59,852 bases of DNA from Candidatus Nomurabacteria bacterium (GCA_020632015.1 JACKGI010000004.1:1-59852), one strand, 5' to 3'. Shown: positions 34,084-43,607, counted from the stretch's first letter. The notes: generated by a model from the sequence alone, not told the origin. Numbers and translations are program-made.

Positions 34084-36798
34084 ATGCCTAATTTTCACAA
34101 CTTTACGACCAAAGCAAAAGAAGCAATCAGAAAGGCACATGAACTAGCAATAGAAAGGGGACAAAACCACGTTAGTCCGGTTCATCTTTTGACGGCTCTT
34201 TCAATGCAAGATGAAAGTGCTGTAATTGCGATTTTAGACAGACTAGATATCGACATCATCGCTTTTACGGACTTACTTTTAGAAGCTCTTGAGATGCCTG
34301 AGGTGCAAAATACTATCTCACAATCTTATCAGCTATACCTTACACCTGAGCTAGCTAAGGCTCTTGAGTTTTCTGGTACTTACGCCGAACAGCTAGGTGA
34401 TTCTTATGTTGGTGTTGAGCATCTTTTTGTAGCAGCTCTTGAAAATCCAGGTCCAGCTATCGAAATCATGCAACGGACAAGTGTCGACAAGACAAGAGTT
34501 ATGGAAGCAATTAAGGAGATGAGAGAAAGCAATGTCTCTGATGCTCAAGCTCCAAAGAAATTTAGAACTCTGGCCAAGTACACTCGAAACTTAACCAAGC
34601 TGGCACAAGAAAACAAAGTCGACCCAGTGATTGGTCGTGATGTCGAGATTCAACGAGTAATCCAGATTCTCTCGCGTAGAACAAAAAATAATCCAGTATT
34701 GATTGGTGAAGCTGGAGTAGGAAAGACCGCTATTGCAGAAGGTCTAGCTCAACAGATTGTTTTGGGTCAAGTGCCAGAGTCAGTCAAGGAAAAAGAAATT
34801 CTCTCACTAGACCTAGGTCTTTTGGTGGCAGGAACAAAATTCCGTGGGGAGTTTGAGGAAAGACTAAAGGCTGTGATGAAGGAGGTTGAGCAGGCAGCTG
34901 GTAGAGTGATTCTTTTTATTGATGAGCTTCACACTATTGTTGGTGCTGGTCAGGCTGATGGTTCTATGGATGCTTCAAACATGCTTAAGCCGGCGTTGGC
35001 TAGGGGAGAAATAAGAGTGATTGGCGCAACGACTCTTAAGGAATACCAAAAGCATATCGAGCGTGACCCTGCTCTGACTCGACGCTTCCAGCCAGTGTAT
35101 GTAAACGAACCAAATCAAGAAGATGCGGTCGCTATTCTCCGTGGATTGGCTGAGAAATATGAATTATTCCATGGTGTAAGAATTACAGATGATGCGATTT
35201 TGGCAGCCGTTAATCTTTCTTCCCGATACATTACTGATAGGTTTTTGCCAGACAAGGCAGTTGATTTGGTTGATGAAGCCGCATCTGCACTAAAGATTTC
35301 ACTAGAAAATAAACCTGATGAACTAGTGGCAACGGACCGAAAAATCCGCCGTCTAGAAATCGAGCGAGAAGCCTTGCGTAAGGAAGTAGAGATTTCTGAG
35401 AATAAGAAAAAGGTGAAAGCAAGAATTAAAGAAATTGAAAAAGAGATTGGTGAGTATAAAGAAACTACTTCAAATCTTGAAACTAAATGGAGTAATGAGA
35501 AAGAAGCACTTGGAGAAATCAGTAAGCTTAAGAAAGAGTTAGAGGAGGTGAGAGTTGAGGCTGATAACTCAGAAGCAATGGCAGATCTTACACGAGCGGC
35601 TGAGATTCGTTATGACATAATTCCTTCAATTCAAAAAGACTTAGATGTGAAGCTGAAGAGATTAAAGAAACTGCAAAGAAGTCGCAGGTTACTCAAGGAA
35701 GAAGTGACTGAAGAAGATATTGCTATGGTGGTTTCTCGCTGGACAGGTATTCCGGTGTCACGAATGCTTGAAGCAGAAGTGGCCAAATTGGCTCGTATGG
35801 AAGAAGTTCTTCACGAGAAGGTGGTTGGTCAAGATCATGCTGTTAAATTGGTCTCAGACGCTATTAAGCGCGCGAGAGCAGGTATCGCAGATCCTAACAG
35901 ACCGATTGGTTCATTCTTATTCCTTGGTCCTACAGGAGTCGGTAAGACTGAGCTCTCGCGCGCGCTTTCCGAATTCATGTTCAGCGACCCAGACGCACTA
36001 CTTCGAATCGACATGTCAGAATTCATGGAGAAGCATTCAGTTTCAAAAATCATCGGTTCTCCTCCAGGGTATGTTGGTCACGATGAGGGTGGCTCAGTAA
36101 CAGAAAAAATTCGACATCGACCATATTCAGTTATCCTGCTCGATGAGGTTGAAAAAGCTCATCCAGAAGTATTCAATATACTTCTTCAAGTTCTTGATTC
36201 TGGACACCTCACTGATGCTAAGGGTCGAAAGGTAAATTTCAAAAATACCGTCATAATCATGACTTCAAACATTGGTGCTGAACACATCAGTCAAATGTCT
36301 AACTTTGGCTTTGCTTTAGACCACGGAGAAGAAGCTCAGTTTGTACAAGCTAAAGATAAAGTAATCGACACGCTGAAGAATTACTTCCGACCGGAATTCC
36401 TAAACCGACTAGATGAAATAATTGTCTTTGACCTGCTTTCACCAGAAGCAATTGCTGAGATAGTCGACATTCAAGTTGAGGATGTTATTAAGCGTTTGGC
36501 AAAGAAGGAAATAACCCTAAAACTAAGCAAGGAGGTGCGCGCTTATTTGGCCAAAGAAGGATACGATCCTAAGTTTGGTGCTCGACCGCTCAAGAGACTA
36601 ATTCAAAGTAAAATCCTTACACCGGTAGCAAATATGATGGTTGGCGAAGGAATGCTACAAGGGGGAACAGTCAATGTGACTATGAAGAAAGGAGAGTTAG
36701 ACTTCGAAGCGAAAAAAGTTGCAAGACGAAAAACCTCAATGAAGAAAACAACAGCAGAGTCACCAAAGAAGAAAAAAAGAGAAGCGGTAACTGCTTAA
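34084..36798 (+). CDS. clpB: ATP-dependent chaperone ClpB
   Basis: Clp_N repeats, two AAA+ modules ([18 protein letters not shown]), a long coiled-coil middle domain, 904 aa. Confidence 0.96.
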   Translation: MPNFHNFTTKAKEAIRKAHELAIERGQNHVSPVHLLTALSMQDESAVIAILDRLDIDIIAFTDLLLEALEMPEVQNTISQSYQLYLTPELAKALEFSGTYAEQLGDSYVGVEHLFVAALENPGPAIEIMQRTSVDKTRVMEAIKEMRESNVSDAQAPKKFRTLAKYTRNLTKLAQENKVDPVIGRDVEIQRVIQILSRRTKNNPVLIGEAGVGKTAIAEGLAQQIVLGQVPESVKEKEILSLDLGLLVAGTKFRGEFEERLKAVMKEVEQAAGRVILFIDELHTIVGAGQADGSMDASNMLKPALARGEIRVIGATTLKEYQKHIERDPALTRRFQPVYVNEPNQEDAVAILRGLAEKYELFHGVRITDDAILAAVNLSSRYITDRFLPDKAVDLVDEAASALKISLENKPDELVATDRKIRRLEIEREALRKEVEISENKKKVKARIKEIEKEIGEYKETTSNLETKWSNEKEALGEISKLKKELEEVRVEADNSEAMADLTRAAEIRYDIIPSIQKDLDVKLKRLKKLQRSRRLLKEEVTEEDIAMVVSRWTGIPVSRMLEAEVAKLARMEEVLHEKVVGQDHAVKLVSDAIKRARAGIADPNRPIGSFLFLGPTGVGKTELSRALSEFMFSDPDALLRIDMSEFMEKHSVSKIIGSPPGYVGHDEGGSVTEKIRHRPYSVILLDEVEKAHPEVFNILLQVLDSGHLTDAKGRKVNFKNTVIIMTSNIGAEHISQMSNFGFALDHGEEAQFVQAKDKVIDTLKNYFRPEFLNRLDEIIVFDLLSPEAIAEIVDIQVEDVIKRLAKKEITLKLSKEVRAYLAKEGYDPKFGARPLKRLIQSKILTPVANMMVGEGMLQGGTVNVTMKKGELDFEAKKVARRKTSMKKTTAESPKKKKREAVTA

Positions 36799-36814
36799 AG
36801 TGTAATTAAGATTT

Positions 36815-36843
36815 AAAAGTCGCGCCCTTCGGGCGCGACTTTT
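36815..36843 (+). terminator. intrinsic terminator after clpB
   Basis: AAAAGTCGCGCCC-TTCG-GGCGCGACTTTT. Confidence 0.7.
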
Positions 36844-36895
36844 ATAAATAAAAAGGCCACGAAAGTATCGTTGGCCTAAGTTGGGGTACAGAGAA

Positions 36896-37255
36896 CTAAA
36901 TTCCATGAGCGGGTTCTTCGAGGACAACTGGATAAACCAGATGATCGTCATCACCGATTAGGTTGTTAAGAAATGTTAACAAATCTTTTTGAAACTGTGA
37001 TTTCAAACCATAGTCCCACTTATTAACTCGGTGTGAAAATATTTTCATGCAGACTCGTTTATCTTCGACATCGCCATATACAATTTTAAATTCTAACCAG
37101 GGTGGTTTGGTATTTACGGCGTTGAGACCTGCGGTGGAGTAACGATTGTTGGCTACGCTTTGTTGCGTTGTTTCTACCAACTCATGTATACGCTTGCGTA
37201 TTTTTTCTTTGTTTGTGTCTGAAAGAACTTGAGTCGTTAGAACTACAACTAACAT
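36896..37255 (-). CDS. hypothetical protein
   Basis: 119-aa ORF, no motif recognised. Confidence 0.5.
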   Translation of the reverse strand: MLVVVLTTQVLSDTNKEKIRKRIHELVETTQQSVANNRYSTAGLNAVNTKPPWLEFKIVYGDVEDKRVCMKIFSHRVNKWDYGLKSQFQKDLLTFLNNLIGDDDHLVYPVVLEEPAHGI

Positions 37256-37386
37256 TGCAATCTCCTTAAAGTGAAATTTTGGTTAACCTAAAATAGAATG
37301 CAATAATTAACTTTGGTTTGCAAGTGTTTTTCATTAATGATTAGGGCTACGATGTTTTTTGGTGTTTGTTCTATGAGGATGAAGTG

Positions 37387-38061
37387 ATGAGCGACAAAAT
37401 CCAAACATATTCAACTATTATTCCAGAAAATATTTTTTCAGAAGTAAACGAGGATAATAAGTTTCCAGTACTCGATGAAACAGGCTTCATTGTTACCCAG
37501 AAGGAATCCGAAGACATTGATGTGCCGCAAGGACCCTGGCTTCTGCTGGTGGATGATGCTTGGCGCCGCACAAAATGGCCGATGAATGAAATGATCAGGA
37601 ACTACATTTCATTCATTTTAAGTCGTTACTCATTGCAGGTCGACTTATATGAAAAATTAGTGGCCTTCAATTACATTCAATATTTTGTACTTGGCAAAAA
37701 AATTGGCTATGACATGATGCAGGAAATTGCTGATATTTGTTTCCAGTATGTTTCCTTTGTGCCTAGGCGTAGCCTGAGTCGTAGAGAGTTTCGTTCTTTG
37801 AAATACAGTACAGAACTGGGGCAGTCTTTATATGACCAGTTAGTGGAAAACCACGAAGGAGAAAATAATTTTTTCAGCAGTGCCCATAGGGAAATGTCAG
37901 AAAACTATGACATGGCCGTCTCGATTATGCGTAAATTGGACTTACCCATGCAGGATATACAAATAAAAGTTGGTCCATTAAATATTCCTGATGATTTAGA
38001 CGGCGATAATCTAGAGCAGTTGTTTAAAATTTACACTGAGCCTTGTTCTGGAAGTTCTTAA
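37387..38061 (+). CDS. hypothetical protein
   Basis: The ATG at 37387 follows a GAGGA RBS; the ORF is open from TTG 37366. No motif recognised. Confidence 0.5.
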   Translation: MSDKIQTYSTIIPENIFSEVNEDNKFPVLDETGFIVTQKESEDIDVPQGPWLLLVDDAWRRTKWPMNEMIRNYISFILSRYSLQVDLYEKLVAFNYIQYFVLGKKIGYDMMQEIADICFQYVSFVPRRSLSRREFRSLKYSTELGQSLYDQLVENHEGENNFFSSAHREMSENYDMAVSIMRKLDLPMQDIQIKVGPLNIPDDLDGDNLEQLFKIYTEPCSGSS

Positions 38062-38249
38062 CCAAAACAATACCCGCATTCTGCGGGTATTTTTTAGTGC
38101 GCTGGAATGACTGAGTTTAGAACCAGTATCATAGTGTCAGAATACTGTTTCTTGCCAAGTTTTATAAAGATGGAGGAAGTTTTTGCACAAAAAGAAAACA
38201 GCCCCAGCATGGAAACTAGAGCGTTTCCTTTACTAGGACTGATTAGGTA

Positions 38250-38510
38250 TTACTGCTTTACAAAAACATGGAAGATCAGAGTCCCGCCATGCATTTGGTA
38301 TGTATTTAGATAGACACCGGCTTCTCTGATAGGGTGTCCTGTGCCGTATGTTTGTATGACACACGGCTTCGTCTCGGCACTTGGGTCAACGAGTGCCCAT
38401 AGATACGGTGTTTCCCCTTGTGCCTGAACCGACAGCAGTTGAGCACCATCAGGTATTTGCACGGTCTGCTCGTTAGTTACTTCAAGTGGGAACTTCCAAA
38501 TGGTTTTCAT
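38250..38510 (-). CDS. hypothetical small protein (86 aa), GC-richer than the flanks
   Basis: MKTIWKFPLEVTNEQTVQIPDGAQLL...GTGHP...HVF pattern. I recall similar small proteins in phage or mobile contexts, but this is unverified. Confidence 0.55.
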   Translation of the reverse strand: MKTIWKFPLEVTNEQTVQIPDGAQLLSVQAQGETPYLWALVDPSAETKPCVIQTYGTGHPIREAGVYLNTYQMHGGTLIFHVFVKQ

Positions 38511-38594
38511 GTGTACCTCCTCAGGTAACGTAAGTGAAAGGGCGAAAATAAACTGAGTACAACTATACTCTATAAATGAATGTTGTCAAGGTTT

Positions 38595-38706
38595 GTGCGC
38601 CGGGCAGGAATTTTGGTCATTACATGACCGGTACAGGTTGTCAGTATTTTTGTTCCTCTGTCACAAAATACTAGGCAACCTCTTCAAATCCAGTGACCAC
38701 TGTCAA
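38595..38706 (-). repeat. tRNA-3'-end-linked hairpin module, copy 2 (downstream of tRNA-Tyr)
   Basis: 38595..38609 is a 15-nt copy of the tRNA-Tyr 3' end (38746..38760). 38683..38691 is an inverted T-loop copy (TTCAAATCC). Long hairpin at 38636..38680, homologous to copy 1. Confidence 0.6.
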
Positions 38707-38746
38707 AACAAAAAACCAGACACAAGGTCTGGAATTTGTTTCGAAG

Positions 38747-38829
38747 TGCGCCGGGCAGGATTTGAACCTGCGTAGGATAAATCCGTCAGATTTACAGTCT
38801 GATGCAATTGACCACTCTGCCACCGACGC
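38747..38829 (-). tRNA. tRNA-Tyr (anticodon GUA)
   Basis: GCGTCGG acceptor, anticodon stem TCAGA/TCTGA with loop CTGTAAA, long variable arm, T-arm GCAGG-TTCAAAT-CCTGC. Confidence 0.92.
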
Positions 38830-38999
38830 GTGTATATTTAATTGTATTTTGGAGTGTTGTAATATTTACCTCGTAGGGAATATACGTGGTCAATTACATT
38901 GTCCTCCTATCGCCTCGTAAACAAAGGCGATTCTGTCGCAAGCGACAGACCAGAGAAAATATAAAGCAGTTTATATTTTCTCCACTCTGCCACCGACGC
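38830..38999 (-). repeat. tRNA-5'-end-linked module upstream of tRNA-Tyr
   Basis: 38982..38999 is an 18-nt copy of tRNA-Tyr positions 1-18 (38812..38829). 38886..38899 is an inverted D-loop copy. Three hairpins at 38909-38931, 38933-38948 and 38953-38982. Confidence 0.5.
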
Positions 39000-39167
39000 A
39001 TATGTTCTTGTGTCTACTCAAAGAGATTCAATGAGTGGGAACAAAATAACACATTCGTATCATTTTTCAAAGCTCCATTGAGCATAAGTATCCAGAATTA
39101 CGCAAAAATAGTGTTTTTATTCTAAATACTTCTGCTAAAATTAGACTATTATAAAAACTATTACTTT

Positions 39168-40217
39168 ATGAAATATCTCCATCTTTTTGTTTTTTTATTT
39201 TTAGGCCTTTTAGTTTACATTTCTCCGGTAGAGGTTTTTGCTCAAGACCCAACAGGCTTGGTGCCTTGTGACGGCACAACAGAAAATCCATGTAATTCAT
39301 GCCAGTTAGTGGTGTTGGGAGAAAATATTTTGCAGTGGCTTATTGGTGTCATGCTGGTTATTTTTGCAATAATGGTTGCAATCTCTGGCTTTAACTTAGT
39401 TACTTCTGGAGGTAATCCACAAGCAAAAACAGAAGCAAAGAAGAAGCTAACCAATTCATTCGTTGCGATTGTTATTGTCTTGGCTGCTTGGTTGATTGTG
39501 GATACTCTGATGCGTTCGCTTCTGCTTGGCGGAGAAGGGCAGATTAATGGTCGTCCTTGGTCTACTTTAGAGTGTATTAATGCTACTGAGACAACTATGC
39601 CAAACAAAAATGAATTAAGTCCCACACTACAACAAGTTGAGGATCTGAAAGCGATGGGATGTCAGTTTAAGAATGGCAGAGAGGGGTGGTATTGTCCAAA
39701 TACTTCTTGCCGATATAGGGAGACTGAGGGTTGGTACAATTGTGCAGAAGGAGAAGTTCCTCCAGCTCCTCCTGAGCCAATAGCGGCTGCTGGTTTAGAA
39801 AATGCTTGTGGCGGTGGACCGTGTGTTCCTTTGGCTACAGTAGGCGTGCCATGTAAAGATCCAAACAGTTGTGCATTGGCACCTTCAACTCAGGAGAAGG
39901 TCGCCGCTTTCCATGCAGCTGCTGGTGTATCTGGAGCCAGAGTGACCGAAGCTATGCCTCCAACTCGAACACACAGTAACCCTTGTCATACAAATGGAAC
40001 TTGTATCGATTATGGTAAGGCTGGTGGTATGACTAATCAGGAGATAAAAGATGTTATTCAAGCTGCCGTAAACGCTGGTCTGTCTCCTAAGTACGAAGTC
40101 GGTACACAAGCTGAAGTTGATGTTTTGTTAGAAGCTGGTATTCCAGCTCAATATATCGAAAAGCCTTTAGGTAGCCATATAACGGCTCCACATTTTTCTA
40201 TTTATGATAATGGTTAA
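39168..40217 (+). CDS. VirB2/TrbC-like pilin-family N-terminal domain fused to a Cys-rich C-terminal domain (possible LAS/M15-like metallopeptidase)
   Basis: Signal peptide, then PCDGTTENPCNSCQLVVL...VMLVIFAIMVAISGFNLVTSGGNPQAKTEAKKKLTNSFVAIVIVLAAWLIV. The C-terminal HTNGTCID fits H-x2-G-x3-D (H-x6-D) of VanX/M15-type zinc sites, a weak match. Confidence 0.65.
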   Translation: MKYLHLFVFLFLGLLVYISPVEVFAQDPTGLVPCDGTTENPCNSCQLVVLGENILQWLIGVMLVIFAIMVAISGFNLVTSGGNPQAKTEAKKKLTNSFVAIVIVLAAWLIVDTLMRSLLLGGEGQINGRPWSTLECINATETTMPNKNELSPTLQQVEDLKAMGCQFKNGREGWYCPNTSCRYRETEGWYNCAEGEVPPAPPEPIAAAGLENACGGGPCVPLATVGVPCKDPNSCALAPSTQEKVAAFHAAAGVSGARVTEAMPPTRTHSNPCHTNGTCIDYGKAGGMTNQEIKDVIQAAVNAGLSPKYEVGTQAEVDVLLEAGIPAQYIEKPLGSHITAPHFSIYDNG

Positions 40218-40259
40218 ATAAACAAAGACTGGCGGTATGCCAGTCTTTGTTTATTTATG

Positions 40260-40330
40260 CGGGTCCACGAGGACTCGAACCTCGGCCGACGGTTTTGGAG
40301 ACCGTTGTTCTACCACTAAACTATAGACCC
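40260..40330 (-). tRNA. tRNA-Trp (anticodon CCA)
   Basis: GGGTCTA acceptor, anticodon stem ACGGT/ACCGT with loop CTCCAAA, T-arm CGAGG-TTCGAGT-CCTCG. Confidence 0.92.
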
Positions 40331-40375
40331 GTATGTTTGCTGTGGCAGTTATAGTATGGGAAAGACCGAGCTAGG

Positions 40376-41281
40376 TCAACTGTTTTCATTGTGTAGAAAT
40401 TCTTCAATTCTTTTGAAGATAGCTTCGGTGTTTGTGGGTTCAAACCATTCTATCTCCTCGTCTCTTTTTAGCCATGTCATCTGACGCTTTGCATACTGAC
40501 GGATTTTAATCTCAAGTTTCTTCAGCATCTCATCGTAAGTGAGTTCTTGTTGAAGATACATCGCTATATATCGGTACTCAAGTCCGAGATCATGCATGCG
40601 TTCATAGCTTAGGCCATTTTTGTGTAGTTCGCATACCTCATCTACCATGCCGGCTTTAAATCTCTCCAGTAGTCGCTTGTGGATGTTTTGATGAAGTCTT
40701 AGTTTGGTTATGTTTACTCCGATTATCAACCAGTCATATGCAGATTCGCGACTGGTAAGTAAAGGTACATGACCTAGTGAGTCGATTATTTCTAGGGCTC
40801 TTACTAAGCGTGGACGATTATTAGGGTCAATTGTTTCTGCTCTCTTAGGGTCGGCTTCCTTAAGTTTTTCAAATAGTTCAGGAGTAGAAAATCCCATTAG
40901 ACTTAATCGAAAGTCTTGATCTGGCGGAACAGAAGCGACCTGTTGCCTACCTCTTAGCATGTCCAAGTAGAAAAAGGTTCCGCCAGCAATGATTGGTAGT
41001 CTTCCACGACACTGAATATCAAGTAAGGCTGCTGATGCGTCTAGTTCGAATTCAGCAGCATTGTAACTTGTGGTCGGATCGGCAATGTCTAGTAAGTGGT
41101 GTGGAACTCCATCCATTTCATCGCTGGTTACTTTTCCTGTCCCTAAGTCCAAACCCTTGTAGACTTGTCTAGAGTCAGCAGAAATAACTTCACCATCAAA
41201 TTTTTTGGCGATTTCTATGGACAGGGAGGTCTTGCCTGACGAGGTGGGACCAACCACTGCTATTGCCTTTGGTTTGGTCAT
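40376..41281 (-). CDS. miaA: tRNA dimethylallyltransferase
   Basis: P-loop VVGPTSSGKTS, ISADSRQVYKGLDLGT, 301 aa. Confidence 0.92.
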   Translation of the reverse strand: MTKPKAIAVVGPTSSGKTSLSIEIAKKFDGEVISADSRQVYKGLDLGTGKVTSDEMDGVPHHLLDIADPTTSYNAAEFELDASAALLDIQCRGRLPIIAGGTFFYLDMLRGRQQVASVPPDQDFRLSLMGFSTPELFEKLKEADPKRAETIDPNNRPRLVRALEIIDSLGHVPLLTSRESAYDWLIIGVNITKLRLHQNIHKRLLERFKAGMVDEVCELHKNGLSYERMHDLGLEYRYIAMYLQQELTYDEMLKKLEIKIRQYAKRQMTWLKRDEEIEWFEPTNTEAIFKRIEEFLHNENS

Positions 41282-41351
41282 TGTTTTAAGTCTACCAGAA
41301 GTCAGAAGAGTCTGCAGTAAAATTCTAATATGTTACTATGTCGCCAAAATT

Positions 41352-41978
41352 ATGAGTATAAATATAAAAGCAGATATGGGGCACGAATGTTGTGAAGGAG
41401 CTATATTAGCACCGCTAACAATTGGGGATACGGTACCGGAAGAAGTTAGTTTCCCAATTTATCAAGAGGGTGAATTTTCAGAGTTAGATTTTAAAACACT
41501 AAGAGGTAAATGGGTGGTACTACTTTTCTATCCCAAGGATTTCACATTTGTTTGCCCGACTGAATTGGGTGAAATGGCTACTTTGTATGAGCAGTTCACA
41601 AATGAAGGGGCTGAAGTAATATCGGTTTCGACTGACACAGTCGAGGTGCACAAAGCTTGGCACGACACTTCTCCGACTATCAAAACGATTAAGTACCCAA
41701 TGGCCGCAGACCCGACTCATTATTTATCTGAACTCTTCGGGGTATTGGTTGAAGATGAAGGGGTTGCTAATAGAGGTACGTTTATTATTTCTCCAGAAGG
41801 GGTCATCAAGACACTGGAGATAAGTTGTGATGCTGTTGGACGAAGCGGAAAAGAAACTCTGCGAAAGTTTAAAGCAGCAAAATTTGTTGGAGAAAATCCA
41901 GCAAACGTTTGTCCTGCGAGTTGGGATGAGGGTGGAGATGTGCTTACTCCGGGTGCTGATTTGGTTGGGAAGATATAG
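41352..41978 (+). CDS. ahpC: typical 2-Cys peroxiredoxin (AhpC/Tsa family)
   Basis: FYPKDFTFVCPTEL peroxidatic Cys and a resolving Cys in NVCPASW. The ATG at 41352 avoids overlap with miaA. Confidence 0.9.
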   Translation: MSINIKADMGHECCEGAILAPLTIGDTVPEEVSFPIYQEGEFSELDFKTLRGKWVVLLFYPKDFTFVCPTELGEMATLYEQFTNEGAEVISVSTDTVEVHKAWHDTSPTIKTIKYPMAADPTHYLSELFGVLVEDEGVANRGTFIISPEGVIKTLEISCDAVGRSGKETLRKFKAAKFVGENPANVCPASWDEGGDVLTPGADLVGKI

Positions 41979-42016
41979 GTGATGTAAGAAGCCGGCCCTG
42001 AAGGGGCCGGCTTTTT

Positions 42017-42120
42017 GGTGCCTCGAGAGGGAGTCGAAACTTACAGTTTCAGTACCCGTTTTGGATGGATTACTTCGTTCCTTATAATCCATCTCAAAAC
42101 AGCTTCGACTCCCTCAACCA
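42017..42120 (-). repeat. tRNA-3'-end-linked hairpin module, copy 3 (downstream of tRNA-Leu-CAA)
   Basis: 42017..42038 is a perfect 22-nt copy of the tRNA 3' end (42158..42179). 42104..42115 is a perfect 12-nt inverted copy of the T-loop/T-stem. Long hairpin at 42058..42100. Confidence 0.6.
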
Positions 42121-42159
42121 AAACAAAAACCAGACGCAAGGTCTGATTTCTTATTTCGG

Positions 42160-42241
42160 TGCCTCGAGAGGGAGTCGAACCCTCAAGCCTTGCGGCATAC
42201 GATTTTGAGTCGTACGTGTATACCAATTCCACCATCGAGGC
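42160..42241 (-). tRNA. tRNA-Leu (anticodon CAA)
   Basis: GCCTCGA acceptor, anticodon stem TACGA/TCGTA with loop CTCAAAA, long variable arm, T-arm GAGGG-TTCGACT-CCCTC. Confidence 0.92.
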
Positions 42242-42389
42242 ATTTAAGTGGTGAAAAAGAGTGTATCAGAAAAAAGCGAATAAGAAAACGATAATAGTCA
42301 GGTTTGTTTATCTGTGTATAACTCTAGTGTGTTAGAATTCAGGGATAGAGCTGACGTAGAGCTCGGAGGTAATATTACGGTTTTTAACT

Positions 42390-43607
42390 ATGGCATTTCA
42401 GGGGGATTCAATATATTGGGTGGAGGTAGAGAAAGTGGTTCCAAACCCCTTTCAACCTCGACGAGAGTTTGATCAAAATAAACTGCAAGAACTAGCAGAT
42501 TCTATTCGTATGTACGGGGTGATGCAGCCTCTAACAGTTACTCGGGCAGAAGTACAACGTGAAGATGGTACTTTTTATACAGAGTATGAATTAATCGCTG
42601 GAGAGAGGCGTCTACGAGCTAGTAAGCTAGCTGGTATTGCTCAGGTCCCGGTGATTATTCGCGAAGGACATCAGAGTGAACAAGAAAAGTTAGAATTAGC
42701 GATTATTGAGAATCTCCAAAGAGAAGATTTGAATGCTGTAGATAGAGCAATTGCTTTCAAACAATTGGCTGAATCTTTTGGTTTGTCTCATACTCAAGTT
42801 GCTCAGAAAGTTGGACGAAGTAGAGAATATGTATCTAACTCAATTCGTTTACTTGGACTACCTGACCACATGCTCGAATCACTGAAACATAGTGACATGA
42901 TGGAAGGGCATGCCAGAACTCTTTTAATGCTTACTGATAGACCAGAAGAGCAAGAAGTGGTCTACAAAGAAATCCTCCTGAAGAAACTTTCAGTTAGAGA
43001 GGTGGAAAGGATTGTTAGGAAGATTGCGACAGATAAGGTTCGCAAAAAGAACCCAGGAGAATTTGATGCTCATTTGATTGAGTTAGAGAAGCAGTTCACA
43101 GAAAGTCTTGGAACCCGTGTGCAGATTCAAAAAACAGATTTCGGTGGCAAGCTAACAATCGACTATTTCTCAGATGATGATCTTGAGGTTATATTACGTC
43201 GCATCAAGGAAGAGGCCGAAGCACCAAATCAAGACCAACAAGAGACAGTCGAGAAGCTTTCTGAACATACTCCACTCGCAGTTAATATCGCTCCAGCTTC
43301 AGTTGCTTCAGAGGATAATATTATTCCAACTCCACCAACTCCAACACATTCGGTACCTGAAGAGGATGGGCACGAAATCAACCATGGCTTCGATGATTAT
43401 GACGAGATTTATTCTGTACTCGATAACGAATCACCAGCTAATCCTGAAACTCACTCCAACGAATATGTCGAGCCTCAAAGTAATATTCCACAAACAGAAC
43501 AGTCAAGTTACTCTCCTACTCAAGTAATAGACAAAAATAGGGAGGAGGAAAAACAAAAAGACGAAGACGACAGTAGTCTTTATTCAATCAACAGTTTTAC
43601 AGTTTAG
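42390..43607 (+). CDS. parB: chromosome partitioning protein ParB with long low-complexity C-terminal extension
   Basis: ParB box IAGERRLRA, an HTH region and a dimerisation domain, then about 120 aa of acidic/Pro-rich tail. Confidence 0.88.
   Translation: MAFQGDSIYWVEVEKVVPNPFQPRREFDQNKLQELADSIRMYGVMQPLTVTRAEVQREDGTFYTEYELIAGERRLRASKLAGIAQVPVIIREGHQSEQEKLELAIIENLQREDLNAVDRAIAFKQLAESFGLSHTQVAQKVGRSREYVSNSIRLLGLPDHMLESLKHSDMMEGHARTLLMLTDRPEEQEVVYKEILLKKLSVREVERIVRKIATDKVRKKNPGEFDAHLIELEKQFTESLGTRVQIQKTDFGGKLTIDYFSDDDLEVILRRIKEEAEAPNQDQQETVEKLSEHTPLAVNIAPASVASEDNIIPTPPTPTHSVPEEDGHEINHGFDDYDEIYSVLDNESPANPETHSNEYVEPQSNIPQTEQSSYSPTQVIDKNREEEKQKDEDDSSLYSINSFTV

Noticed and set aside
41205-41351. 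N-terminal extension of the peroxiredoxin ORF (start at 41205).
   Set aside because: It would overlap the miaA 5' end by 77 nt and adds non-homologous sequence. The ATG at 41352 gives a canonical Prx.
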